DNA from: Alphaproteobacteria bacterium
Lineage (GTDB): Bacteria; Pseudomonadota; Alphaproteobacteria; UBA828
Length of the DNA stretch: 64,000 nt
Direction of reading: 5' to 3'
Assembly: GCA_016869195.1 (NCBI GenBank)
Contig: VGET01000001.1
Coordinates: 2,800 to 66,799, forward strand
A program made the translations under genes and the position numbers. Each line of letters opens with the position of its first letter. Position 1 is the stretch's first letter. The notes beneath the pieces are model-generated. The model did not search any database and had not been told where the DNA came from. It saw only the letters and a program-made list of their open reading frames with translations. This document shows, piece by piece, positions 1 through 9,648 of this stretch.

Positions 1-594
1 CCCAAGCCGAAATCGACCGCCGCGCTCAAGAAGGTCGCCGACGATCGTTACCTCTCGACCATGATGCTGCGAGTGTTTCAGGCCGGGCTGAAACACTCCA
101 TGGTTGAGGCCAAGTGGCCTGCGTTCGAGGAGAGCTTTCTCGGCTTCGAGCCGAAGCGCGTGCGGGCGCTCAGCGATGAGGCGCTCGATGAGCGCATGAA
201 GGATACGCGGCTGATCCGCCATCTCGGCAAGATCCGCGCGACCCGCGACAACGCCGCCGCCATGGTCGAGATCAGCGCGGCTCATGGCGGCTTCGGCGCC
301 TATCTCGCCTCGTTTCCGCCTGAGCGCACGATCGAGCTGTGGGACGAGCTCACCAAGCGCTTCAGCCAGCTCGGCGGCGCGTCCGGCCCCTATTTTCTGC
401 GCTCGGTTGGCAAGGACACGTTTCTGCTGACCGAGGACGTGACCAAGGCGCTCGCGCGCTATGCCGGGCTTGAGGCGGGCTTCAAGGGCAAGAAGGCGCG
501 CCTGGAAGCCCAGGAGGTCATCTGTCGCTACGCCGGCGAGGCCGGTCGCCCGCTTTGCCAAATAAGCCGAATTCTGGCCCAATCCGTGGAATAA
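1..594 (+). CDS. tag: DNA-3-methyladenine glycosylase I (Tag family). The 5' end is truncated by the window edge, since the reading frame is open from position 1.
   Basis: The translation (..RYLSTMMLRVFQAGL..LIRHLGKIRATRDNAAAM..) matches the Tag core, cf. E. coli IIRHRGKIQAIIGNARA. There is no stop codon upstream in frame. Confidence 0.6.
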   Translation, partial: PKPKSTAALKKVADDRYLSTMMLRVFQAGLKHSMVEAKWPAFEESFLGFEPKRVRALSDEALDERMKDTRLIRHLGKIRATRDNAAAMVEISAAHGGFGAYLASFPPERTIELWDELTKRFSQLGGASGPYFLRSVGKDTFLLTEDVTKALARYAGLEAGFKGKKARLEAQEVICRYAGEAGRPLCQISRILAQSVE

Positions 595-627
595 CGCTCA
601 GCAACAAGTCATCGAGGGGGGTCGTCA

Positions 628-1160
628 ATGAAGGGTGTAACCTTGCCTGCGGTCGCGCTGGCGCTTGCCGCCGTTGCTACGCTGTCGGCGTGCACGAGCG
701 GCAAAAAACGAGTACCGGAAACGTCGTGCCGGCGCAGACCGCAACGATCAGCACCGCGCCTGAGACCAAAGGCTTCGGTTGCAATTGGTCAACCCCGGTC
801 AACACCAAAGAGCTGCAGAAGCAGGGCGATATCGTGGCTGTGTGTAACGAGCTGCACGCCGGCAAGCGCTATTCGATCTCCTACGAAATCCTGGCCGCCG
901 CAGGCAGTCGGATTGAACGCGGCCGAGATCAGATCGCGTTTAGAGTCATCGCGCCGGGAATTGATGAGGAGGTCGTTGACCGGTTCGATCCGGTGGAGCG
1001 CAAGGCCCTAGGCATCGCTAGTGCGATCCGCACCCGCGCGGAGGTGCCGAGCGATGGCATCGTTCCAATCACGATACGGTCGCTCCGCTGCATGAATGCT
1101 TCCTTAGAGCCGTTCGATTGCCAGCTTGACGTATCGGTGAAAATTTCAGCCAACCGCTAA
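628..1160 (+). pseudogene. Lipoprotein gene disrupted by a frameshift at an A6 run, so the signal-peptide frame and the body frame differ.
   Basis: Frame +1 from 628 gives MKGVTLPAVALALAAVATLSAC (a lipobox) and then degenerates into Arg-rich nonsense. Frame 0 (ORF 555..1160) has protein-like composition from about 705 onward (NVVPAQTATISTAPETKGFGCNW...). The switch point coincides with ggcAAAAAAcg at 703-708. Confidence 0.4.
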
Positions 1161-1241
1161 TTGCATCTCCTTGTTTCGGCACACGTCTTAACGCGGCCTT
1201 AAGGCAAACGCCCGTAACCTTTCACCCAAGAACAATGCTTC

Positions 1242-3365
1242 TTGGGGGGCTCCATGAGCCAATCATTGGGCACGGCCGCGCGGACGACGTTGGCGACGCC
1301 ACCGGGCCGCGCGCGCGTTCGGGACGAGCTTCGGCGTGGCGACATCGAACAGGCGGTCAGGCAATTCAATGTCGGCGATCTCGCGGGCGCCAGCCGGGTT
1401 TTGGCTCAAGTGCTCGAGGCCGATCCGCAATCCGCCGATGCGCTGCACCTGCTCGGGGTGATCGCAGCTCAGCGCGGCGATGCGGAAGAAGGTGTGCGCC
1501 TGATTCAGCGTGCCCTCGCCTCTAGGCCCAATGACGCGGTGCTTTCGAACAATCTGGCGGGCCTTCTGCTCACGCTCGATCGCGCGGCGGACGCCGTCGA
1601 CGCGATCATCCCCGCGCTCGCGCTCAACCCGAATCACGCAGCGCTCCACTACAACCTCGGCAACGCGCAACGCCGGCTCGGCAATAGCGCCGCCGCGCGC
1701 GATGCTTATCGCCATGCGCTGACCACCAATCCGGGCTTCCAGGAGGCCGCGATCAATCTTGTCGCGACGCTGCTTGAGCGGGGCGAGACCGCAAAGGCCG
1801 AGCGCGTCGCGCGCAATGCCCATGCCCGCACGCCGCAATCGTTCGCGCTTCGCCTGACGCTCGGCAGCGTGCTCGCCTCGACGCAGCGACACCAGGAGGC
1901 CCTGCCGCATCTCGAGGCCGCGGCAATCGCCGGATTGGGCGACGCGCGCCACCGGCTCGGCCGCAGCCTGCTCGCGCTCGGCCGTGCGGCCGAAGCGCGC
2001 CGCGCGCTTGAGCGCGCGCTCGCCGACAACCCGAGCTCGGCGGACATTCGCTGCGACCTCGGGGCCACGCTCCTCGCGCTGGATTCGGTCGACGCGGCGA
2101 TTCGATTGCTGCGCGAGACCCTGGCCCGCGCGCCCCATCATGCCGATGCCGAATCCAACCTGTGCGAGGCGCTGCGACGCGCCGGCTCGCTCGATGACGC
2201 CATTCAGGCAGGCGAGCGCGCGACCACCCGTGCGCCGCTTTCGGCCGGCGCCTGGCTCAACCATGGCGCCGCGATGCTCGATGCTGGAATGGCGAGCGAG
2301 GCACGCGCGGCAATCGCCCGCGCGTTGGCGCTCGAGCCCAGCTCGGCGCGTGCCGAGAACGCCTATGGCTCCGCGCTCGAGGCCGAGGGCGATGCGGCGG
2401 CCGCGCTCGTGGCCTATGACCGTGCGCTGGCGCTCGACCCAAGATTCCACGAGGCGCGCTTAAACCGTGCGCTCGCCGAGCTGAAGCAGGGCGACTATCG
2501 AAACGGCTGGGCCGATTATGAGGCTCGCCGCAAGCTCAAGAGCTTTCCCGCGGTGCCGCGCGACGCAGCCGAATGGCACGGCGAGACCTTCCGCACCAGC
2601 ACACTCCTGCTGTTCACCGAGCAAGGCTACGGCGACACGTTGCAGTTCGTGCGCTTCGCGCCGTTGGTCGCGGCGAAGGGCGGCAAGGTCATTCTCGCCT
2701 GCCAACGCGCGCTGGTCAGCCTGCTTGAAGGCGGACCCGGCCTGAGCCAGGTCGTGCCGATCGACGGGCCCCTGCCGTCCCACGATCTGATCGCGCCCTT
2801 GATGAGCACGCCGTTCCGGCTCGGCTTGACGCTTGAAGCCCTGCCCAAGTCAGTGCCCTATGTCGCGCCACCGCCGCCCATGGCGGTCGAAGCTTCGAAG
2901 GACCAGCTCAGGATCGGCATCGCGTGGGCCGGCAGCGTGGCGAACCGAATCAATCGCCGCCGCTCCTGCCCGCTGATCGCACTCGCACCGCTGGCCGACC
3001 GCAATGATGCAACGCTCTACAGCCTCCAAGCGGGCAGCGAGGCCGGCGCGCTGAAACACCTGCCCTTCGGCGATCGCGTCGTCGACCTGACGCCGCGGCT
3101 CGAGGATTTCCGCGATACGGCGTCCGCGATGATGGCGCTCGACCTGATCATCACCATCGATACCGCAACCGCGCACCTCGCGGGCGCGCTCGGCCGACCG
3201 GCCTGGGTGATGCTTTCGGCCGGCGGCGATTGGCGCTATCTGGAAGGACGGCCGGACAGTCCGTGGTATCCGTCCATGCGCCTGTTCCGCCAGTCGACGC
3301 CCGGCGATTGGGACGGCGTCATCCGCGAGATCAATCGCGCGCTCGACGCGCTTCCCCGGAAATAG
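1242..3365 (+). CDS. Tetratricopeptide-repeat protein with a C-terminal glycosyltransferase family 9 (heptosyltransferase-like) domain.
   Basis: The N-terminal ~450 aa carry repeated TPR-like LG.A....G....A motifs. The C-terminus (GYGDTLQFVRF..IGIAWAGS..DLIITIDTATAHLAGALGRPAWVML) is GT9-like. Confidence 0.6.
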   Translation: MGGSMSQSLGTAARTTLATPPGRARVRDELRRGDIEQAVRQFNVGDLAGASRVLAQVLEADPQSADALHLLGVIAAQRGDAEEGVRLIQRALASRPNDAVLSNNLAGLLLTLDRAADAVDAIIPALALNPNHAALHYNLGNAQRRLGNSAAARDAYRHALTTNPGFQEAAINLVATLLERGETAKAERVARNAHARTPQSFALRLTLGSVLASTQRHQEALPHLEAAAIAGLGDARHRLGRSLLALGRAAEARRALERALADNPSSADIRCDLGATLLALDSVDAAIRLLRETLARAPHHADAESNLCEALRRAGSLDDAIQAGERATTRAPLSAGAWLNHGAAMLDAGMASEARAAIARALALEPSSARAENAYGSALEAEGDAAAALVAYDRALALDPRFHEARLNRALAELKQGDYRNGWADYEARRKLKSFPAVPRDAAEWHGETFRTSTLLLFTEQGYGDTLQFVRFAPLVAAKGGKVILACQRALVSLLEGGPGLSQVVPIDGPLPSHDLIAPLMSTPFRLGLTLEALPKSVPYVAPPPPMAVEASKDQLRIGIAWAGSVANRINRRRSCPLIALAPLADRNDATLYSLQAGSEAGALKHLPFGDRVVDLTPRLEDFRDTASAMMALDLIITIDTATAHLAGALGRPAWVMLSAGGDWRYLEGRPDSPWYPSMRLFRQSTPGDWDGVIREINRALDALPRK

Positions 3366-3437
3366 CGCCAGCGTCGGAGCCTCTTCCCCGGGGCCAATCA
3401 GCCACTATGATGAGCCTCCCTTGCAAGGAGGCCATCG

Positions 3438-4235
3438 ATGAGCTTGTCCGCCGAGGCGATCAACCAAGCCACCCTTATGCTCGAACGCCTGAGGCTCGAC
3501 GGCGGGCCGCTTGAGGCGTTGCCGGACACCTGCCGCCCGCGCGACATCGACGAGGCCTACGCCATTCAAGGAGCCTTGAACAAACGGCTGGGCGATGCCG
3601 GGCTCGGCCCGGTGGTCGGCCACAAGATCGGCTGCACCAATGCCCGCATGCAGGCCTATATGGGCATCCATCACCCGGCCTCGGGCGCGGTCTATCAGCG
3701 CATGGTCAAGAACCAGCGCGGCGAATTCCGCTTCGATACGTTCGTCAAGCCGGGCGTCGAATGCGAGCTTGCGGTCAGGCTCTCGACCGGCCTACCGCCC
3801 GAGCGCGCACCCTATGATCGCACGAGCGTCGCGGCCGCGGTCGACTGCATCATGCCGTCCTTCGAGATCGTGGATTCCCGCTTCAGCGATTTCCGTGCGG
3901 TCGGTGCCCCGACGCTGATCGCCGATGATTTCTTCGATGCCGGCTGCGTGCTCGGCACGCCCATGGTGAATTGGCGCAGTCTCGACCTCGCGGCGCTGAA
4001 CGGTAGCGTCAGCATCAATGGCACGGTCGTCTCGACCGGCGTGAGCGGCCAGGTCATGGGCCATCCGTTCGAGGCGCTCGCCTGGCTCGCCAACGATTTT
4101 GCGCGACGGGGGCGCGGCCTCAAAGCCGGCGAGTTCGTGCTGACCGGCTCGATCGCCGACGTGATCTGGGTGTCGCAGGGGGACGTCGCGGTCGGCGAGA
4201 TCGCCGGGCTCGGCAGCGTCACCGCGCGCTTTTAG
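3438..4235 (+). CDS. 2-keto-4-pentenoate hydratase / 2-oxohepta-3-ene-1,7-dioate hydratase family (MhpD/HpaH-like, fumarylacetoacetate-hydrolase fold).
   Basis: The N-terminal DEAYAIQ motif is present, and length and composition are typical for the family. Confidence 0.5.
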   Translation: MSLSAEAINQATLMLERLRLDGGPLEALPDTCRPRDIDEAYAIQGALNKRLGDAGLGPVVGHKIGCTNARMQAYMGIHHPASGAVYQRMVKNQRGEFRFDTFVKPGVECELAVRLSTGLPPERAPYDRTSVAAAVDCIMPSFEIVDSRFSDFRAVGAPTLIADDFFDAGCVLGTPMVNWRSLDLAALNGSVSINGTVVSTGVSGQVMGHPFEALAWLANDFARRGRGLKAGEFVLTGSIADVIWVSQGDVAVGEIAGLGSVTARF

Positions 4236-5179
4236 AGGCGTTCGGTTGGCAGGCCGGCGTGCAACAGCCGGCCGACGGCAATCATCTCCGGGATGAGACC
4301 GGCAAAGGCATCGAGCGTTTCGACCGGCGAGCCGGCGGCCGCACCAGAGGGCCGACGCGCGAGGTCGAGCCGCGGCAACACGTGGGCCAGGAGCCCCGGA
4401 AGCTCGGCCTCGGCCGCCTCGCGATAACGCGCGACGGCCTTCTCGACCGCGCCGAGGCGGTAGACCGGCTCGAGCCGCGGCGGCAGAAGCGCAAGATAGG
4501 TTGGCCAGTGCGCCAGATGGCGATAGAGGCTCGGCGTCAACGCGCCCGAGGCGGGGCGGCCATAGTGCGCCAAAGCGGCGAGCGCAGCCGACGTCTCAGG
4601 CGGAATCGCGGACGCCGGCAAGATCTGCGGAAGCGGCGCCAGGGTGGGACGTACCTTTCGCATCGGGCGCTCGCTGTCCCGCATGTGGGGCTGGTCGGGC
4701 TGTGGTGTGCCGAGCAGGATCGCGCGCACCAACCGCGCGATCACGAGGTTGATCGGATTGGCGCGATCATAGGCCGCCAGCACCGATTCGATGGTGGAGC
4801 GATCCGCCGCCGTCAGACCGGCTGAACGCCACTCGGCACCCGAGATCGCCTTGAACGCGGGCAACACCGCCGTCTCCGCGACCCGTTCCGCCGCATCACT
4901 GATGGTGCCCGAGGCGAGAACCGGTCTTAGGCCCGGCCAGAGCCAAGGGAGCACACCGTCACGCGTCGCCAGATGGCGATAGAGCAGCGCGACGAACGGC
5001 ACGCGGGCGAAGGTCTTGATCTCGCCATAGATGACCGCAATGTCGCCACGCGCCTCCGCTTCCGAAAGCTCGGGCAGGGTCGCCTCGAAGCCTGCCATGT
5101 CGCGTGCCGCCTTTTCCTGCCTTATGATGTCCTGAAGATAGACCGTGAGGCCCCGTATGACGACGCTTCGCACCATCAC
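4232..5179 (-). CDS. Hypothetical protein, possibly DehI-family (group I alpha-haloacid dehalogenase-like), with a two-repeat architecture.
   Basis: My recollection of the DehI pattern (..Y.DI+..LRVP.VA..R.LA..PG.LP.AW.. and a second ..Y...NP..L.I..L) fits IYGEIKTFARVPFVALLYRHLATRDGVLPWLW and AAYDRANPINLVIARLV. This is not verifiable without a search. Confidence 0.3.
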   Translation of the reverse strand: MMVRSVVIRGLTVYLQDIIRQEKAARDMAGFEATLPELSEAEARGDIAVIYGEIKTFARVPFVALLYRHLATRDGVLPWLWPGLRPVLASGTISDAAERVAETAVLPAFKAISGAEWRSAGLTAADRSTIESVLAAYDRANPINLVIARLVRAILLGTPQPDQPHMRDSERPMRKVRPTLAPLPQILPASAIPPETSAALAALAHYGRPASGALTPSLYRHLAHWPTYLALLPPRLEPVYRLGAVEKAVARYREAAEAELPGLLAHVLPRLDLARRPSGAAAGSPVETLDAFAGLIPEMIAVGRLLHAGLPTERL

Positions 5180-5642
5180 CGCACGGCCGATCGACGCCGC
5201 GGCGTTTGCGCCGTTCGGCCAGTTGCTCGAACAGCCCGCGAGTGGCAGCCGCGATGACTATGTCGGCAAGATAGAGGCCGACCAGACCGGCCGGCGCGCC
5301 AACCTCGCCGTCATCCGCGCGACGCCGCGACCTTTGCCGTTGCACATCGACGCGATGGAGCGGCACCCGCACTCCTCGCAGGCCTTCATGCCGCTCGCGG
5401 TCGAGCGTTATCTCGTGCTGGTGTGCCCGAGCGAGGCCAACGGCAAGCCTGATCTCGACCGCCTCGAAGCCTTCATCTGCCGCGGCGGCCAGGGCATCAA
5501 CTACAACCGCGGCACCTGGCACCACCCGATGACCACCATCGGAGCGCCCGGCACCTTCACCATGCTCATGTGGGACGATATGAGCCCGCGCGACACCGAG
5601 TGGTCGAAGGTGGATCGGCCGATCGTCGTGTCGGTCGACTAG
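5145..5642 (+). CDS. allA: Ureidoglycolate lyase (AllA, cupin fold).
   Basis: The ERHPHSSQAFMPL motif is present and the protein is about 160 aa, matching AllA. Confidence 0.55.
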   Translation: MRPRMTTLRTITARPIDAAAFAPFGQLLEQPASGSRDDYVGKIEADQTGRRANLAVIRATPRPLPLHIDAMERHPHSSQAFMPLAVERYLVLVCPSEANGKPDLDRLEAFICRGGQGINYNRGTWHHPMTTIGAPGTFTMLMWDDMSPRDTEWSKVDRPIVVSVD

Positions 5643-6217
5643 ACTCGCTCCGACAGCCAGATCGCGAGGCGCGTGCCGGCCTTGATGGCGCGCGTGAGGG
5701 GCTGATAGGCCGGCGCGAGCTCGGCCTCATGGGCGAGCGCGGTCTGCCGGTGACCCGCCTCGTCGGCGCCGTAGCGCTCGAGGCGCGCGCGCAACGCCGC
5801 TTCATCGTCGCCCAGCTGATCGGCCTGGCGCTGATAGTGCCCCTCGATCACTTCTTCCACGGCGGCGGTGCAGGCCATCGCGGCCCGCTCGCCCATGAGC
5901 GCGGTGGCGGCGCCGAGCGCAAAGCCCGCGACGTGCCAGAAGGGTTGCAGCGCGGTCGGCCGCACGCGCCGCTCGATCATCAGCCGCTCGATCTCTTCGA
6001 GATGCTGGCGCTCGGCCTCCGCCATGGCGCGAATGGTCTCGCCGCTGGCCGAGTGTCCGAGCACGGCCAACTGCCCCTCATAGATCCGCCGCGCACCATA
6101 TTCGCCGGCCTGATCGACCCGGATCATACGCGCGATCAACGCCTCCGGCCCGGGGTCGCCCGGCAGGCGCGTCTCGCCGGTCTGCTTAGGTCTTGCCGTC
6201 TGCTCAGGTTCGGACAT
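5639..6217 (-). CDS. coq7: Demethoxyubiquinone hydroxylase Coq7 (2-nonaprenyl-3-methyl-6-methoxy-1,4-benzoquinol hydroxylase).
   Basis: The Coq7 signature IARMIRVDQAGEYGA and di-iron ligand E..H repeats are present. The start is uncertain between 6217 and 6259. Confidence 0.7.
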   Translation of the reverse strand: MSEPEQTARPKQTGETRLPGDPGPEALIARMIRVDQAGEYGARRIYEGQLAVLGHSASGETIRAMAEAERQHLEEIERLMIERRVRPTALQPFWHVAGFALGAATALMGERAAMACTAAVEEVIEGHYQRQADQLGDDEAALRARLERYGADEAGHRQTALAHEAELAPAYQPLTRAIKAGTRLAIWLSERV

Positions 6218-6728
6218 AGGCACGCGCTCCAGCCTGCGGACGGTTTCGCCACGCAGCATAGAGCGCGGCGAGCGCCATCACCACCGAAAGAATGCCGTTC
6301 CAACCTGCCATCGAAACGCCGAACAGGCTCCAGGCAACGTCGTCGCAGCGCGCTGTCGGAGCGGCGAGGATACGGGCCTTCAGATCCTCGATCGAGCCGG
6401 CCGGCCCCTGTCCGGCGCAGGCGGACTGAAAGTGGCCGCCCTCGACCCCGACGTGAAAGGCGGCATAGCCAGCGCCGGCGAGGTAGGCCGCCGCAATCCC
6501 CACCAGGAGCAGTGCGGTGATCGCGCGTCGCTTGCGCCCGAACACGATGGCGATCAGCGCGAAGCCGAGCACGATGAAATGCGGGTAGCGCTGAATGACG
6601 CACAGATGGCAGGGCTCGAGCCCGCCCAGATGCTGAAACATGTAGACCGTGAGCAGAAGTGCGGCGCTGACCGCGAGGAACGCAGCCGGTGCCCAACGAG
6701 TCACTCGGTTGAGGTCAGGAAGTCCCAT
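6204..6728 (-). CDS. dsbB: Disulfide bond formation protein B.
   Basis: There are four predicted TM helices, a CHLCVIQR motif and a second Cys pair (CAG..C..RCDD). Confidence 0.6.
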   Translation of the reverse strand: MGLPDLNRVTRWAPAAFLAVSAALLLTVYMFQHLGGLEPCHLCVIQRYPHFIVLGFALIAIVFGRKRRAITALLLVGIAAAYLAGAGYAAFHVGVEGGHFQSACAGQGPAGSIEDLKARILAAPTARCDDVAWSLFGVSMAGWNGILSVVMALAALYAAWRNRPQAGARAYVRT

Positions 6729-6776
6729 GTCTGCGTCGCAACCCTTCCGACAATGCGCTGGCCGCCGATTCGAAGC

Positions 6777-7712
6777 TCAAATCCTGCCATGGCGGCTGTG
6801 CCAGAGCGCGAACACCGAGAGCGCGATCGCGCCGAGGCTCGCCCCAAAGGAGAATGTGGCCTCTGGCCCGACATAGTGCCAGAGGACACCGGCAATCGCG
6901 CCGGCGGGAAGCGCCGTCATCCCGACCACGAGATGATAGAGGCCGAAGGCCGTGCCGCGACGGTCGGCTGGGACGAGATCGGCCACGATCGCCGGCATCA
7001 GGCCCTGGGTCATGCCGAGATGAACGCCCCACAGCACGGCCGCGAGGAAGTACGGCCAGGCGGCATCCGCCACCGCCAACACCGCATAGGCGGCAATCAG
7101 CGGCGCGAAGCCGGCATAGAGGATGCGGCTCCGCCCCTCGCCCTTGGCATAACGTCGATCGGCGGCCCAGCCCGCGCCATAGGCTGTCGCGGCATAGACC
7201 AGGTTCATGACGATGAGAAGTGTCGGCACCAGGCCGGCGCTGAGGCCGAGCTCGGCGCCGCGCAACAGCATGAACGCCTCGCTGAAAATGGCGAGGTGCA
7301 TGACGCCGGCGATCGCGAGGAAGCCGACGAAGCCGGGGCCGAGCGCGCGCAGCCGCCAGAGTGGCGGGCGCTCGGCCTCATCGGCCGGCCGGTGCCGCCG
7401 CACCGGCTCGCGCACACCAAATCCAAGCAGGAGCACGCACAGCACGGCTGGAATGACGGCGAACCAATAAACCGCGCGAATGTCATCGTCGAACGCGGCC
7501 ATGAGAAGGAGCGCCAACAACGGCCCGAGCGTCGCCCCGGTCGAATCGAGCGCCTTGCGCAGGCCGAAGGCGACGCCGCGCTTGCCCTCGGGGGCCAGGT
7601 CCGCCAGCAGCGCATCGCGCGGCGCCGCGCGCACCCCCTTGCCGATGCGATCGACGAAGCGAGCCGAATTTCCGGTGCAGAGAAAGAGGATGTTGAAGAC
7701 TCGATCAGCCAT
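6777..7712 (-). CDS. MFS transporter. It is short at 311 aa and may lack the first two TM helices.
   Basis: The MFS loop motif DRIGKGVRAAPRDALLADLAPEGKRGVAFGL is followed by six hydrophobic helices. Only 41 nt separate the start codon from the stop of phoB, so there is no room for a longer N-terminus. Confidence 0.5.
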   Translation of the reverse strand: MADRVFNILFLCTGNSARFVDRIGKGVRAAPRDALLADLAPEGKRGVAFGLRKALDSTGATLGPLLALLLMAAFDDDIRAVYWFAVIPAVLCVLLLGFGVREPVRRHRPADEAERPPLWRLRALGPGFVGFLAIAGVMHLAIFSEAFMLLRGAELGLSAGLVPTLLIVMNLVYAATAYGAGWAADRRYAKGEGRSRILYAGFAPLIAAYAVLAVADAAWPYFLAAVLWGVHLGMTQGLMPAIVADLVPADRRGTAFGLYHLVVGMTALPAGAIAGVLWHYVGPEATFSFGASLGAIALSVFALWHSRHGRI

Positions 7713-7752
7713 GTCTCATCTCGGTGGCGCGACAGGAGAGCGGTTCGCCTCA

Positions 7753-8487
7753 TCAGGCCGGCACTGAATCGGCATCGAAGGAGTAGCCTGCAGCCCGCAC
7801 GGTTCGAATGAAGTCAGTGTCATTGGGGCCATTCAGTGCCTTGCGCAGTCGCCTGATATGGACATCGACGGTGCGAGGCTCGACATGAATGCTGCGGCCC
7901 CAGACGGCTTCGAGCAGATGGTCGCGCGAGAACACCCGGCCCGGGTGTTCCATGAAATAGCGCAGCAGGCGAAACTCCGTCGGACCAAGCGGAATCGGCT
8001 GACCCTTCCGCGTTGCTCGATAGCGGGTCAGATCAATCGCGATGTCGCCGATCTCGATGGTATGTTCCTCGAGCGTCGATCGAACCCGCCTGAGCACAGC
8101 GCGCACCCGCGCAAGCAGTTCGCTGACCGAGAATGGCTTTGCGATGTAGTCGTCAGCGCCGTGCTCGAGCCCGCGAATACGGTCCGACTCCTCGCTCCGC
8201 GCCGTCAGCATGATGATCGGGAGATCCCGCGAGGTCGCCGACTGTCGAACGCGCCGGCAAATCTCGAGACCGGAATATCCCGGCATCATCCAATCAAGCA
8301 GCACGAGGTGGGGGCGCTCCTGCTCGATTTTTTCGAGCGCGGTGCGGCCATCCGCGGCTTCAACAACTTTGTAACCTTCGCGCTCGAGGTTGTAGCGAAG
8401 CAGCGTCACAATCGCCGCTTCGTCCTCAGCGATCAGAATGGTACGAGCATTCTCACCGGTCATCGGAGCCTCATTCTCGATCAGCAC
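7753..8487 (-). CDS. phoB: Phosphate-regulon response regulator PhoB (OmpR family).
   Basis: A receiver domain (LIAEDE..LLDWMMPG) is joined to a winged-helix domain, and the gene is adjacent to pstS. Confidence 0.75.
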   Translation of the reverse strand: MLIENEAPMTGENARTILIAEDEAAIVTLLRYNLEREGYKVVEAADGRTALEKIEQERPHLVLLDWMMPGYSGLEICRRVRQSATSRDLPIIMLTARSEESDRIRGLEHGADDYIAKPFSVSELLARVRAVLRRVRSTLEEHTIEIGDIAIDLTRYRATRKGQPIPLGPTEFRLLRYFMEHPGRVFSRDHLLEAVWGRSIHVEPRTVDVHIRRLRKALNGPNDTDFIRTVRAAGYSFDADSVPA

Positions 8488-8522
8488 GATCGATCTCGCT
8501 CGAGCGCGAAGGCCTCTCCCGC

Positions 8523-9572
8523 TTATTTGTCGAGCTTCAGGTTTTCCATGGCGCCGGACGCAGCGCGCTGGGTCTCGCGCTGCTCATCCGGCAGGGCGAT
8601 CAGGCCCTTGTCGGAAAGAAAGCCCTCCGGCCCGAATGTCGAGTCCTGGGTCCAGAGCTCGACATACTCCTTCAGGCCTGGGATGACGCCGACATGGGGC
8701 TTTTTCACATAGAAATAGAGTGTCCTCGAGATCGGGTATTTGCCCGACGAGATGTCGTCATATGTTGGCTCGACACCGTCGATCGGCGTTGAGACCAGTT
8801 TGTCCCTGTTTTGATCCAGGAAGCTGTAGCCGAATACCCCATAGGCGTCCTTGTTGGCCTCAATCTTCTGCACGATCAGATTGTCGTTCTCGCCGGCTTC
8901 GATATAGGCGCCATCCTCGCGCACGGTCTGGCACAGCGCCTTGTACTTCTTCTCGTCCTCCTTCTTGAGCGCCTCGGCCTCCGAGAAGGTCTTGCAGCCG
9001 CCTTCCATCGCCAGTTCGTTGAACGCATCGCGCGTGCCCGAGGTCGGCGGCGGGCCGATCACCTCGATCTTGGTATCGGGCAAAGAGGAATCGATCTCGG
9101 ACCACTTCTTGTAGGGATTGGGCACGATCTTGCCGTCGACGAGCACGTCCTTGGCCAGTGCCTGCCAAATCGCCGCAAGCGTAAACCCCGCCGGCTTGCT
9201 GTCCTTGGCATGGGCGATGACGATACCGTCAAAGCCGACCTTGACCTCGTGGATCTCAAGGATGCCGCCCTTTGCGCAGGCTTCGATCTCGCTCTTCTTA
9301 ATTCGGCGCGAAGCATTCGCGACGTCGGGCGAATCGACCCCGACGCTCTCGCAGAACAGCTTGAGACCGCCGCCGGTGCCCGTGCTTTCAACTACGGGAG
9401 TCTTGAACGATCCACCCTTGCCGAATTCCTCGGCCACCGCCGTTGCAAATGGAAATACGGTCGATGAGCCGACAATCCGGATTTCGTCCCGGGCCTCAGC
9501 CGAACCGGCTAATGCGGTAGCGGCGACAATGGCGAGAGCGGCAATGCCCGCATAGCCGAGCGATTTCTTCAT
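8523..9572 (-). CDS. pstS: PstS-family periplasmic phosphate-binding protein. It is a lone gene, with no pstCAB in the window.
   Basis: It has a signal peptide (MKKSLGYAGIAALAIVAATALA) and the PstS motifs GSSTVFPF and TGTGGGLK. The ORF track start at 9632 is an upstream in-frame extension; the likely start is 9572. Confidence 0.7.
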   Translation of the reverse strand: MKKSLGYAGIAALAIVAATALAGSAEARDEIRIVGSSTVFPFATAVAEEFGKGGSFKTPVVESTGTGGGLKLFCESVGVDSPDVANASRRIKKSEIEACAKGGILEIHEVKVGFDGIVIAHAKDSKPAGFTLAAIWQALAKDVLVDGKIVPNPYKKWSEIDSSLPDTKIEVIGPPPTSGTRDAFNELAMEGGCKTFSEAEALKKEDEKKYKALCQTVREDGAYIEAGENDNLIVQKIEANKDAYGVFGYSFLDQNRDKLVSTPIDGVEPTYDDISSGKYPISRTLYFYVKKPHVGVIPGLKEYVELWTQDSTFGPEGFLSDKGLIALPDEQRETQRAASGAMENLKLDK

Positions 9573-9627
9573 TCCCTGATCCTCCTGTTGTTCTCGAAGG
9601 CATCGGGGACAAAGCCTCACCCTCGCC

Positions 9628-9648
9628 TTCATGACGCGTCTTGACGTG
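9628..9648 (-). promoter_or_regulatory. Candidate Pho box upstream of the pstS-like gene.
   Basis: On the coding strand, CGTCAAGACGCGTCATGAA contains two GTCA(A/T)G half-sites 11 bp apart, about 55-75 bp upstream of the start codon. Confidence 0.25.

Noticed and set aside
1263-2450. Long antisense ORFs without homologue-like composition, e.g. 1263-2450 (-), 25245-27251 (-), 26236-27309 (-), 26639-27931 (-) and 50674-53019 (+).
   Set aside because: They are Arg/Ala/Pro-rich translations of the opposite strand of well-supported genes (TPR protein, smc, SDR/aminotransferase) in about 67% GC DNA. This is a typical GC-driven open-frame artefact.
7640-7712. An LFLCTGNSAR motif at the N-terminus of the MFS protein, which resembles the arsenate reductase/LMW-PTP P-loop (CTGNSCRS).
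   Set aside because: The rest of the protein is polytopic membrane MFS with no PTP fold, and the second conserved Cys/Arg spacing is wrong. I judge it a coincidental match.
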